This document shows positions 9,226 through 17,305 of a DNA stretch of 32,000 nt, in pieces (position 1 is the first letter of the stretch; every line of letters begins with the position of its first letter). The DNA lies in assembly GCA_022646745.1 (NCBI GenBank), contig CP060262.1:1830001-1862000 (forward strand). The letters are read 5' to 3'. The notes under the pieces were generated by a model. The model was not told where the DNA came from. It searched no databases and saw only the letters and a list, made by a program, of their open reading frames with translations. The position numbers were made by a program, and so were the translations under genes. The DNA comes from Planctomycetales bacterium (lineage in GTDB: Bacteria; 4484-113; JAFGCY01).

Positions 9226-9533
9226 GGATTCCTTTTCCCGCTTACCCGCAGGCTCGCGGGTCTGCAATACAGCTCAAAGCATAGCTTCTCGCTGTTTGCA
9301 CAACCGGGAACCGTTTCGATTGGGAGATGCATCTTCCACCCGACCCGGATGCGCGAATGCGCAGCCGCAGGGTCAGACCCGATTCCCATGCCCGCTCATG
9401 CAAGCATTCGCGGGTCTGCAATACAGCTCAAAGCATAGCTTCTCGCTGATTGCACAACCGGGAACCGTTTCGATTGGGAGATGCATCTTCCACCCGACCC
9501 GGATGCGCGGATGCGCAGCCGCAGGGTCAGACC
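9226..9533. repeat. tandem direct duplication, 2 x 154 bp, with a 126-bp core 124/126 identical
   Basis: Core 9254-9379 versus 9408-9533 shows 2 mismatches. The 28-bp linker parts (9226-9253 versus 9380-9407) are much more diverged. Each core is closed by GGTCTG...CAGACC (9259-9264/9374-9379 and 9413-9418/9528-9533) and contains internal hairpins. Confidence 0.9.
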
Positions 9534-9557
9534 ATCGAGCGCTTGCGCGAGATGGCA

Positions 9558-9587
9558 ATAAAAAAGGGAGACCCCGCAGGGCCTCCC
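9558..9587 (-). terminator. rho-independent terminator on the minus strand, downstream of pilT
   Basis: Minus strand reads GGGAGGCCCTGCGGGGTCTCCC followed by TTTTTTATT. It lies about 190 nt downstream of the pilT stop. Confidence 0.75.
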
Positions 9588-9633
9588 AACAAGGCAGTCA
9601 AAATTCTTCTGCCACCTTGCGCAAGCGCTCGGT

Positions 9634-9745
9634 GGTCTGCAAACCGGAGCGAAACAAGTTTCACTCCTCTTGCACGAGGCTTCTTCCATCCTCCTGCACC
9701 ATAAGCGCGACCCGGCGAAACTTGTTTTCGCCGCAGCGCCAGACC
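9634..9745. repeat. third, diverged copy of the stem-closed element
   Basis: It has the same GGTCTG (9634-9639) / CAGACC (9740-9745) closing stem. It shares the cttcca(c/t)cc and gacccgg landmarks, and a hairpin (GGCGAAA-cttgt-TTTCGCC) sits where units 1 and 2 carry TGCGC-gaat-GCGCA. Confidence 0.6.
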
Positions 9746-9775
9746 GTCGAGCCCTCGGGCGAGACGGCAGGGCAA

Positions 9776-10924
9776 TCAGACGCCGATGCTCGGTCCGCTG
9801 CCGTCCAGCATCGGGCCGCCACGGTCGGCACCCGGACGGCTGCCGCCCCGGCCCTCGCTCGCCGCGTGGCTGATCAGGCGCTGCAGGTTGCCGACGTTGC
9901 CTGCGTGCGCCATCGCCACTTCCAGCGTGATCTGGCGGTCGAGGTAGCGGTCGCGCAGGCACTGGTCCATCGTCATCATGCCCAGCTTGGCGTGAGTCAT
10001 CATCACCGAGTGGATCTGGAATTCCTTCTTCTCTCGGATCAGGTTACGGATAGCCGGGATGTTGAGCATCACCTCATGCGCCGCCACTCGTCCGCCGCCG
10101 TCGGTGACGGGCAGCAGCTGCTGTGACATGATGCACTGCAGGGAGTTGGCAAGCTGGGCGCGGATCTGGTCCTGCTGCTCGGAGGGGAACACGTCGACGA
10201 TACGGTCAATCGTCAATGGTGCGTTGTTCGTGTGCAAGGTGGCGAACACGAGGTGGCCCGTTTCGGCGGCGGTGATCGCCGTCGAGATCGTTTCCAGGTC
10301 TCGCATCTCACCAACCAGGATCACGTCCGGATCCTGTCGCAGCACTCGCTTCAGCGCGCCTGCGAATGACAGGGTGTCGGAACCGATCTCACGCTGGTTG
10401 ACGTTGCAGCGCTTGTGCTGGTGCACGTACTCGATCGGGTCCTCCATCGTCACGATGTGCAGGTCCTTCGTCTCATTGATCACGTTGAGCATTGCCGCAA
10501 GGGAGGTGGACTTGCCTGAACCGGTCGGTCCGGTGACCAGCACCAGGCCGCGCGGCAGCATGATCACTTCCTTCATGATGTTGGGCAGCAAAAGCTCGTC
10601 CATCGAGGGGATCTTCTCGGAGATCGCTCGCATCACCATGTAGGTGGACTCGCGCTGGAAGCCGACGTTGCAGCGGAAGCGGCCGATACCCTTCTGGCTG
10701 TAGCCGAAGTCAAGCTCACGCTCGAGCTCGTACTTCTTACGCTGGTCCTCTCGGATCATCGAGTAGGCGAGGGTCTTCACATCCTCCGGGGACAGCGGCT
10801 TGTAATCAAGTCGCATCAGCTTGCCGTGCACGCGCAGCGTGGGCGGCACCCCTGCCGTCAGGTGGATGTCCGAGGCGCCATGCTCCACGAGCTGCACCAG
10901 CAGATCAAGGATCGTATAATCCAT
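9776..10924 (-). CDS. pilT: type IV pilus retraction ATPase PilT
   Basis: Walker A GPTGSGKST, the DPDVILVGEMRD box and the PilT signature AIRNLIREKK. I prefer the start at MDYTILDLL (ATG 10924) over the track start 10942, which has no SD. Confidence 0.93.
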   Translation of the reverse strand: MDYTILDLLVQLVEHGASDIHLTAGVPPTLRVHGKLMRLDYKPLSPEDVKTLAYSMIREDQRKKYELERELDFGYSQKGIGRFRCNVGFQRESTYMVMRAISEKIPSMDELLLPNIMKEVIMLPRGLVLVTGPTGSGKSTSLAAMLNVINETKDLHIVTMEDPIEYVHQHKRCNVNQREIGSDTLSFAGALKRVLRQDPDVILVGEMRDLETISTAITAAETGHLVFATLHTNNAPLTIDRIVDVFPSEQQDQIRAQLANSLQCIMSQQLLPVTDGGGRVAAHEVMLNIPAIRNLIREKKEFQIHSVMMTHAKLGMMTMDQCLRDRYLDRQITLEVAMAHAGNVGNLQRLISHAASEGRGGSRPGADRGGPMLDGSGPSIGV

Positions 10925-10992
10925 AAATACTTCACCATGCATCCGGGAGGATGCTTATTGGCCGCCTGAACCCAGGCGGGACACAGATAAAT

Positions 10993-11033
10993 ATTGTATC
11001 ACTCGCGGCCCCGCATTGACAGGTTGTCAATGC
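10993..11033 (-). promoter_or_regulatory. candidate pilT promoter (extended -10) with an adjacent 9-bp-arm inverted repeat
   Basis: Minus strand reads TGaTACAAT (plus-strand coordinates 10993-11001). Immediately upstream is the palindrome GCATTGACA-ggt-TGTCAATGC (11013-11033), in the position of a -35 element or operator. Confidence 0.35.
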
Positions 11034-11166
11034 CGGTTCCGAGCTTGGCGGTCCGCCTCCCCTGTATCAGAATGAACCGGGCAGGGCAAACAGATTAGCA
11101 GGAATTCAGCCTGCTTGCAAATGATTTATGCTCTCCATGACCGATCGGTCATGCACTGCTGCCGGC

Positions 11167-11199
11167 AAAAAAAATCCCCGCCCGCAATGCGGACGGGGA
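11167..11199 (-). terminator. rho-independent terminator of pilB
   Basis: Minus strand reads TCCCCGTCCGC-att-GCGGGCGGGGA followed by T8. It starts 18 nt after the pilB stop. Confidence 0.8.
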
Positions 11200-11216
11200 C
11201 AGTCGTTCCAGTTGGC

Positions 11217-13028
11217 TTACAGGGAGGAGAAGGACTCCACCTCTGCAAGGGTCGGGGCAGCTTCCGCGAGCAGGCCGCGGGTTGCGGTACCACCGGTCTC
11301 CTGTGCGAGCTCGGCGTCCTCTTCGTAGTCCGGGCGGGCCACACGCAGCAGTTCCTCAAGGGAAGTCGTGCCGTGCAGCACCTTCTTCACGCCGGACTCC
11401 CAGAGGGTCAGCATGCCCTGGGTACGGGCCAGCTTCTTCACTTCGTGGATCGCCGAGGAGCGCATCACGAGGTTACGCATCTCGTTGGTCATCGGCATGA
11501 TCTCGAAGATGCCGTTACGGCCGCGGTAGCCGAGGTGGTTGCAGAACTTGCAGCCACGACCGCGGTACATCAGGATCCTGTCCGGGTAGTCCGCCGGGTT
11601 GTAGGCGCCGCGGATCAGGTCCTTCTCCATCTCGTTCGGTTCGTAGCTCTCCTTGCAGTGCTGGCAGAGCTTGCGCACCAGGCGCTGCGCCATCACGCCG
11701 ATCAGCGAGGCGTTGATCAGGAAGGGCGGCACACCCATGTTGGTCAGTCGCGGAATCGAACCCGCGGCATCGTTGGTGTGCAGCGTGGAGAACACGAGGT
11801 GGCCGGTCAGTGCGGCGTTGACCGCAAGGTCGGCAGTTTCGAAGTCTCGGATCTCACCAACCATGATGATGTCCGGATCCTGTCGCATGAAGGTACGCAG
11901 GGCGGTGGCGAAGTTCAGGCCGACCTTGTTGTTCACGTGCACCTGGTTGATCTTGTCGAGCTGGTACTCGACCGGGTCCTCCACCGTCATAACGTTCACG
12001 GTCTCGTTGGCCATCTTGCCCAGCGAGGCGATCAGCGTGGTGGACTTGCCGGAACCGGTGGGGCCGGTGATCAGCATGATGCCGTGGGGCTTGGCGAGGA
12101 TCTCGTTGAAGCCCGCCAGCTCGTCCTCGTCGAAACCGAGGTCTGTCAGCTTGAAGTCCGCACTGCTCTTGTTCAGCAGTCGCATGACGATCTTCTCACC
12201 GTTGATCGTCGGGCAGACGCTGAATCGGATGTCGAACATCGCATCGCGGATGTCCAGCTCGATTCGGCCGTCCTGCGGCTTGCGGCGCTCGGAAGTGTCG
12301 CAGCGCGCCATGATCTTCAGGCGGGCGGTCGCCGCGGCCACGGCGTGGCGCGGGATCGTGAGGATCTTGTGCAGCATGCCGTCCACGCGGTAACGCACGA
12401 CGGCATGGTCCTCCTTGGGCTCGATGTGGATATCGGAAGCTCCGTGGTCCACAGCGCCCGTGAGCACGGTGTCCACCAGCTTCACGATCGGCGCCTGCTC
12501 AACCTCGGCCATGGTGGCCTTGTCGGCGAGCGTGTCATCGATCACGTAGCCCTTCTTGATCTGCTCCTGGCGGAAGTCCTCCATGTGCTTCTCAGCCTCG
12601 GCGGTCACGCCGAACAGCTGGTCATAGGCGAACTTCATGCCGTGCGGGCTGCAGATGCGCGGCACCACGTCGAGGCCGGTGCTCAGGCGGATGTCGTCGA
12701 TGGCCAGCAGGTTGAGCGGGTCAACCATCGCCACGATCACGTTGTTGCCCTCCTGGCGGACGGGCATCGCCTGGTGGCGCGTGATCATGTCGGCGCTGAT
12801 CAGGCGGGCGACATCTGTATCTATCTTTTCCTCATAGAGGTCGATCTGCTGGATGCCGAGCTGTTCGGCCAGCACGCTCTGGACCTCATCCTCGGTGGTC
12901 ATCTGCATCTCGATGACGACCTCACCGAGTCGCTTGCCGGATTCGCGCTGAGCCTCCAGCGCCTCCTGCAGTTGCTCGAGGGTGATCACCTTCGAGTCTA
13001 CAAGCATCTCTCCCAGTTTCTTCTGCAT
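11217..13028 (-). CDS. pilB: type IV pilus assembly / T2SS-family ATPase PilB (GspE family)
   Basis: N-terminal MshEN-like region (LGEMLVDSKVITLEQLQEALEAQ), Walker A GPTGSGKSTTL, MRQDPDIIMVGEIRD and the tetracysteine motif (CQHC...CKFC). Confidence 0.93.
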   Translation of the reverse strand: MQKKLGEMLVDSKVITLEQLQEALEAQRESGKRLGEVVIEMQMTTEDEVQSVLAEQLGIQQIDLYEEKIDTDVARLISADMITRHQAMPVRQEGNNVIVAMVDPLNLLAIDDIRLSTGLDVVPRICSPHGMKFAYDQLFGVTAEAEKHMEDFRQEQIKKGYVIDDTLADKATMAEVEQAPIVKLVDTVLTGAVDHGASDIHIEPKEDHAVVRYRVDGMLHKILTIPRHAVAAATARLKIMARCDTSERRKPQDGRIELDIRDAMFDIRFSVCPTINGEKIVMRLLNKSSADFKLTDLGFDEDELAGFNEILAKPHGIMLITGPTGSGKSTTLIASLGKMANETVNVMTVEDPVEYQLDKINQVHVNNKVGLNFATALRTFMRQDPDIIMVGEIRDFETADLAVNAALTGHLVFSTLHTNDAAGSIPRLTNMGVPPFLINASLIGVMAQRLVRKLCQHCKESYEPNEMEKDLIRGAYNPADYPDRILMYRGRGCKFCNHLGYRGRNGIFEIMPMTNEMRNLVMRSSAIHEVKKLARTQGMLTLWESGVKKVLHGTTSLEELLRVARPDYEEDAELAQETGGTATRGLLAEAAPTLAEVESFSSL

Positions 13029-13300
13029 TGGAGATTTCGTCTCCTGTGAAGTGTTTTGAGCGCACGCGACCGGCCATGAGCCAGCCTGCGCGGTGTGCCC
13101 CTCCGGTAACTATACAGCACGCCCCGGGTTAAGCACCCTCTAACACCGAAAGCAAGGGGAATTTCCCACCACCGCGCACAGCGCACCTTTACCTATAGAC
13201 CCGCCCCCCACGATTTGGTTCTGGCTGGAGCCGAAATCTCCGTGAGGAATTCCGGGGTGACGCTATAATCAGGCTTTAATACGGAACCAGGGAGGTAGCC

Positions 13301-13873
13301 ATGTCACATCCGACCACACCGCAAGAGATCATTGTGGATGCTGACCACCGTATGGCCCAGAGCCTCGAGTCAATCAAGCAGGAGCTTGTGCACCTGCGGG
13401 CCGGCCGGGCCTCCACTTCGCTGGTGGACCACATCAAGGTGCACGCCTACGATTCCGACATGCCGATGAGCCAGCTGGCCACCATCTCCACCCCGGATGC
13501 CACCACGATCATGATCACCGCCTATGACAAGGGCAACCTGGCCGCGATCGAGAAGGCGATCCAGCAGAGTGAATTGGGCCTTACGCCGCAAAACGACGGC
13601 AGCATCATCCGCCTGACCATCCCGCCGCTCACCGAGGACCGACGCAAGGATCTCGTGAAGGCCGTCGGCAAGTACGCCGAGGATGGCCGCGTGTCGATGC
13701 GCAATGTGCGCCGTGATGCCAACGACCACCTGAAGAAGCTCAACAAGAACAAGGAACTTTCCGACGACGAGTTCCATATATATCTTGAGAAGGTGGACAA
13801 GAAGCTGGAGGTCCACCTCGAGGACCTTGAGAAGGTCATCAAGGACAAGCAGAACGAGGTCATGGAAATCTGA
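13301..13873 (+). CDS. frr: ribosome recycling factor
   Basis: 190 aa with typical Frr sequence (..LRAGRASTSLVDHIKVHAYDSDMPMSQLATIS..RLTIPPLTEDRRKDLVK..). GGGAGG SD lies 4 nt upstream. Confidence 0.93.
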   Translation: MSHPTTPQEIIVDADHRMAQSLESIKQELVHLRAGRASTSLVDHIKVHAYDSDMPMSQLATISTPDATTIMITAYDKGNLAAIEKAIQQSELGLTPQNDGSIIRLTIPPLTEDRRKDLVKAVGKYAEDGRVSMRNVRRDANDHLKKLNKNKELSDDEFHIYLEKVDKKLEVHLEDLEKVIKDKQNEVMEI

Positions 13874-13875
13874 GT

Positions 13876-14640
13876 ATGATCCGAGCGGTACCCGCACAGC
13901 CCGAAAGCGCAGTGGCCGAACTTGAGGCGGCCCTGCGGGGCGACCTGATGCCACAGCACGTGGCCGTCATCATGGATGGCAACGGCCGATGGGGCAAGCT
14001 GCATGGCATGGAGCGCCTGGAGGGCCACCACGAGGCGATCAAGGCCGTGCGGGCCACCGTCACCGCGGCGCAGGACCTGAAGCTGCCATTCCTAACGCTG
14101 TACTGCTTCTCCACCGAGAACCTCAACCGCCCGGCTGATGAGATCCACGGCCTGTTCGAGCTGTTCATGGCCGTGCTGGACTCCCAGACCGAGGAGCTGC
14201 ATGAGCGCCAGGTGCGCATCATCTTCAACGGACGGATGGACTGGCTGCCGGATGAACTGGCGCGCAAGTTCCATGCCGCCGTCGAGCTGACGAAGCACAA
14301 CACCGGCCTCACGCTCAACCTCTGCGTGATGTACTCCGGCCGGATGGAGATGATGGACGCCATCCGCAGCGCTGCCGACGCGATTGCCAGCGGCGAGCTG
14401 GCCTCGCGCGACCTCGATGAGGAAAGCTTCCGCCGCTTCCTCTACCAGCCCGAGGTGCCGGACCCGGACCTCATCATCCGCACCTCCGGCGAGCAGCGCA
14501 TCTCGAACTTCCTGCTCTGGCAACTGGCCTACAGCGAGCTGGTGTTCACCGAGGTGCTGTGGCCGGACTTCTCCCGCGCGGACTTCCTCGCGGCGCTGCT
14601 CACCTACCAGCAGCGCAATCGCCGCTTCGGTGCCGTGTGA
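13876..14640 (+). CDS. uppS: undecaprenyl (isoprenyl) diphosphate synthase
   Basis: Contains MDGNGRW, FSTEN, IRTSGEQRISNFLLWQ and a RNRRFG C-terminus. It starts 2 nt after the frr stop. Confidence 0.93.
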   Translation: MIRAVPAQPESAVAELEAALRGDLMPQHVAVIMDGNGRWGKLHGMERLEGHHEAIKAVRATVTAAQDLKLPFLTLYCFSTENLNRPADEIHGLFELFMAVLDSQTEELHERQVRIIFNGRMDWLPDELARKFHAAVELTKHNTGLTLNLCVMYSGRMEMMDAIRSAADAIASGELASRDLDEESFRRFLYQPEVPDPDLIIRTSGEQRISNFLLWQLAYSELVFTEVLWPDFSRADFLAALLTYQQRNRRFGAV

Positions 14641-14641
14641 G

Positions 14642-15481
14642 ATGCTCAAGCGCAGCATAGTCGGATTCCTCTACGCCTTCGCATTCACCTTCATGATCGT
14701 CCAGAGCTGGCCCTGGATCCTGGCAACGGTCACGCTGCTGCACCTCGTGGCCCAGTACGAGTTCTGCGCGCTGCTTGGCAACCCGCGCCGCTCAACGGTC
14801 GTGGTGCACTGCCTGTTCTCCACCGTAGTGATGGTGTTCGTCGCGCTGGCGCTGCATGGTGACTTGGAGGCGCGCTCCATCCCGGCCGTGTTCCTCGCGA
14901 TCGTGACTGCCTATGCGATCTACTTCGTCTGGCAGAGTGAGCGCCACCGCGAGCAGTACGACCGCTGGGTGATGCTGCGCGGCCTGGTGCTCCTTACGTT
15001 GTCATATTCCCTGTTCGCGCATGTGGCGGCCTACGACGGCGCCTTCCCCTACATGCTGCTGCTGATCAGCTCCAGCTGGGTGGCGGACACGGCGGCGATC
15101 GTGGCCGGCAAGACGATGGGCCGCACCCCGCTGGCCCCGGCGATCAGCCCGAAGAAGACGGTCGAAGGCGCGCTTGGTGGCGTGCTGGCCGCCGGCGTGG
15201 GCTGGATGATGGCCTGGCTCATATGGCCGCATGACGGGGCGATGGTGGACTTCATGGCTGTCAACGGCCTGCGGCCCTATGCGTTGCCACTGCTGTTCGT
15301 CACCGGCGCACTGATCGCCGTGGTTGGCATCTTCGGCGACCTGACCTTCAGCCTGTTCAAGCGCAAGGCCGGCCTGAAGGACTACGGCAAGGCGATGCCC
15401 GGGCACGGCGGCTGGCTTGACCGCTTCGACTCGATGGTGCTCGTCACGCCCTTCATCTGGCTCCTGACCTATGGGATGTAG
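14642..15481 (+). CDS. cdsA: phosphatidate cytidylyltransferase
   Basis: CdsA signature SLFKRKAGLKDYGKAMPGHGGWLDRFDS in a multi-TM protein. ATG 14642 lies 1 nt after the uppS stop, so the upstream part of the track ORF overlaps uppS and was discarded. Confidence 0.9.
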   Translation: MLKRSIVGFLYAFAFTFMIVQSWPWILATVTLLHLVAQYEFCALLGNPRRSTVVVHCLFSTVVMVFVALALHGDLEARSIPAVFLAIVTAYAIYFVWQSERHREQYDRWVMLRGLVLLTLSYSLFAHVAAYDGAFPYMLLLISSSWVADTAAIVAGKTMGRTPLAPAISPKKTVEGALGGVLAAGVGWMMAWLIWPHDGAMVDFMAVNGLRPYALPLLFVTGALIAVVGIFGDLTFSLFKRKAGLKDYGKAMPGHGGWLDRFDSMVLVTPFIWLLTYGM

Positions 15482-15486
15482 CGGAG

Positions 15487-15504
15487 GCCAGAATTCATTC
15501 TGGC
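15487..15504 (+). other. perfect 8-bp-arm palindrome just after the cdsA stop (possible terminator stem, no T tract)
   Basis: GCCAGAAT-tc-ATTCTGGC. Confidence 0.3.
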
Positions 15505-15544
15505 AATAGTCTGGATAGTCAGGATAGTTTGAATAGTGAAAGTA

Positions 15545-16200
15545 GTAGCGGCGTCGCCATGCGACGATTGGGAGAGAATGCCGCGAAGCAATGAGCAATG
15601 AGGCGTGAGCAATGAGCCCAACTTACTTCTTTTTCCTTAGCGGCTTCGCGTCTCCACGTTGACAAAACCGACACTAGCTGACTCGTTGCCAGCCGAGCGC
15701 AGCGAGCTGCTACCGCTGGTGCGGGTGGCTTCGTTTTCCTCCGCGTCGCTTCGACTCCGCGTTGACAAAACCGTTACTAGCTGACTCGTTGCCATTCGAG
15801 CGAAGCGAAGCGCGCATCCGCGCGGGCTTCCGTGTGCTCGCCAGTCTGGCTCTGTTCAACGAGGAGACGCGGAGAATCAAGAGAGGCGCGGAGAATGTAT
15901 GGACAAACTCCAAACGAGTGATCAAATGAGGTATGTAGCGGTGTCGCCGCGCGACAACTGGGAGGGAATGTGGCGAAGTGCGCTTGTCGATTGAATATGA
16001 AGTAGGGCGACGGTAACACCGCCGCCGCGGATGGGGTTTTACCCCATCCTTACTTCGTCAGGCAAAAAGCCATGGGTCCGAAATGCATCTTTCTCTGTGG
16101 AACTCTGTGGATCTCTGTGTATTAGAATTTTATCCCTCCCGTTCATTGCTCTGATCCACTCTGGCGCAGCGAGCTACTACCGCTGAAGCGGGTAGCTCCT
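15545..16200. repeat. mosaic of intergenic repeat modules (locus A)
   Basis: Internal duplications: gtagcgg(c/t)gtcgcc..gcgac..tgggag.gaatg..gcgaag at 15545 and 15935, and a roughly 103-bp tandem unit holding TTGACAAAACCG..ACTAGCTGACTCGTTGCC at 15659-15690 and 15762-15793 (30/32). The CGAGCG(C/A)AGCGA + hairpin + GCTTC module occurs at 15694, 15797 and 16163. Modules shared with locus B: 15588-15619 and 16093-16116. Confidence 0.85.
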
Positions 16201-16277
16201 TCCCCTCCGTGGTATAACAGGACTGCAAGGCTTGGCTCCGTATTGTTGCTGGCGGGCAGGATATGGGGAGTGTAGTG

Positions 16278-16790
16278 ATGGGACGTATCAATTTGATTTT
16301 GGCAATGCTGGTTTTACCTCTGGTGCTCCTGTCATGCACCTCGGACTTCTGGGGAAACGATGAACCGGACTTCATGTTTTTCCACTTTGAAGAAGTCACG
16401 CATGAACCAAGTGTTGTCAATACAGGCGACACCGTGCTGATCAGCTACAAAATGGGCAGCGAGCGAAACTCGAACAGGGCCGCATCGGCACGTTTCGCTA
16501 TCCCGCCGCAGATCACGGTCACGGGGGGCGAGATCACACCGCTGCTCCCGACGGACTATAGCCCGGGCGGCCCCGTGCCGGACTTTGCGACGGCCCAGGC
16601 AAATTACAAGGCCGTCGAGCATTACCCCGGCAGCAATGTGGACATCTACCGTGCCTACCAGGCACCCTACTACTACATGCTTTTCAAAGCCCCAGACGAA
16701 CCTCAGATGGTTACTGTGCAGTTCTGGATCGGCCAGGCTGATGGTACTTCGAACAAGGACCGGCATTTCCTCGAACTGGAGGTGCATTAA
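16278..16790 (+). CDS. small lipoprotein, paralog 1 of a tandem trio (170 aa)
   Basis: Signal peptide with lipobox (MGRINLILAMLVLPLVLLSC). GGGGAG SD lies 7 nt before ATG 16278. It shares EVTHxPxVV..GDxVLISY, GxITPL..Y.PGxPxPDFATA and YYYML..APD.PQ.V with the next gene. Confidence 0.75.
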   Translation: MGRINLILAMLVLPLVLLSCTSDFWGNDEPDFMFFHFEEVTHEPSVVNTGDTVLISYKMGSERNSNRAASARFAIPPQITVTGGEITPLLPTDYSPGGPVPDFATAQANYKAVEHYPGSNVDIYRAYQAPYYYMLFKAPDEPQMVTVQFWIGQADGTSNKDRHFLELEVH

Positions 16791-16791
16791 G

Positions 16792-17304
16792 ATGCGCAGA
16801 CCATTCCTGCTTCTCATTCTGATTCTGCCAACTCTGTTCCTCCTGAGCAACGCCTGCGGCAGCTCAGGTGGTTCATACAATGAGGTTCCGGCGATCATTG
16901 AAGTCACGCACAGCCCGGCAGTTGTGCATGCCGGAGACATGGTGCTGATCAGCTACCTGATTGGCAGCGACACGGTCTGGGACAATGGCGACTTCCGCCC
17001 GCTGCTTGGTACACCGGATGTGCTGAATGTCTCCGCCGGTGCAATCACCCCGCTCGCGGCCTCGGTCTATACCCCCGGCGCGCCATTGCCGGATTTCGCC
17101 ACGGCCTTGTCAGCTTTCGAAGGCTACAGCGGTTCGGACGACCCGGCCAGCAATGTCAGTTACAGTTTCCAGCAGCCTTTTTACTACATGCTCTATCAGG
17201 CTCCTGATACACCCCAGACCGTTGAGATCGAGTTCCATCTCGGCGGCGGCGGTGGCCCTGAATCCCCGCGGGCCCGGCATACACTGGAACTGGAGGTCAA
17301 CTGA
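16792..17304 (+). CDS. small lipoprotein, paralog 2 (170 aa)
   Basis: ATG lies 1 nt after the upstream TAA. Signal and lipobox MRRPFLLLILILPTLFLLSNAC. Clear similarity to paralog 1 along its full length. Confidence 0.75.
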   Translation: MRRPFLLLILILPTLFLLSNACGSSGGSYNEVPAIIEVTHSPAVVHAGDMVLISYLIGSDTVWDNGDFRPLLGTPDVLNVSAGAITPLAASVYTPGAPLPDFATALSAFEGYSGSDDPASNVSYSFQQPFYYMLYQAPDTPQTVEIEFHLGGGGGPESPRARHTLELEVN

Positions 17305-17305
17305 G

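Noticed and set aside
9226-9745. Possible CRISPR array
   Set aside because: There are only two near-identical units of 126 bp plus one diverged unit, and the units are far longer than CRISPR repeats. The linkers are homologous to each other rather than unique spacers, and no cas genes are present.
9014-10126. 370-aa plus-strand ORF spanning the repeat array
   Set aside because: It runs through the start of the lipoprotein gene, the tandem repeats and the terminator, then continues antisense into pilT. The R/A/S-rich translation has no motif, so it is an artefact of stop-codon scarcity.
11115-13049. 644-aa ORF on the plus strand
   Set aside because: It is entirely antisense to pilB, whose product has unambiguous GspE/PilB motifs. 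The translation is a low-complexity H/V/G/D/L-rich product typical of antisense frames in high-GC DNA.
15710-16432. Minus-strand ORFs 15710..15925, 15777..16019 and 16130..16432
   Set aside because: They lie within repeat locus A, are composed of repeat modules, lack an SD, and the last one overlaps the start of lipoprotein paralog 1.
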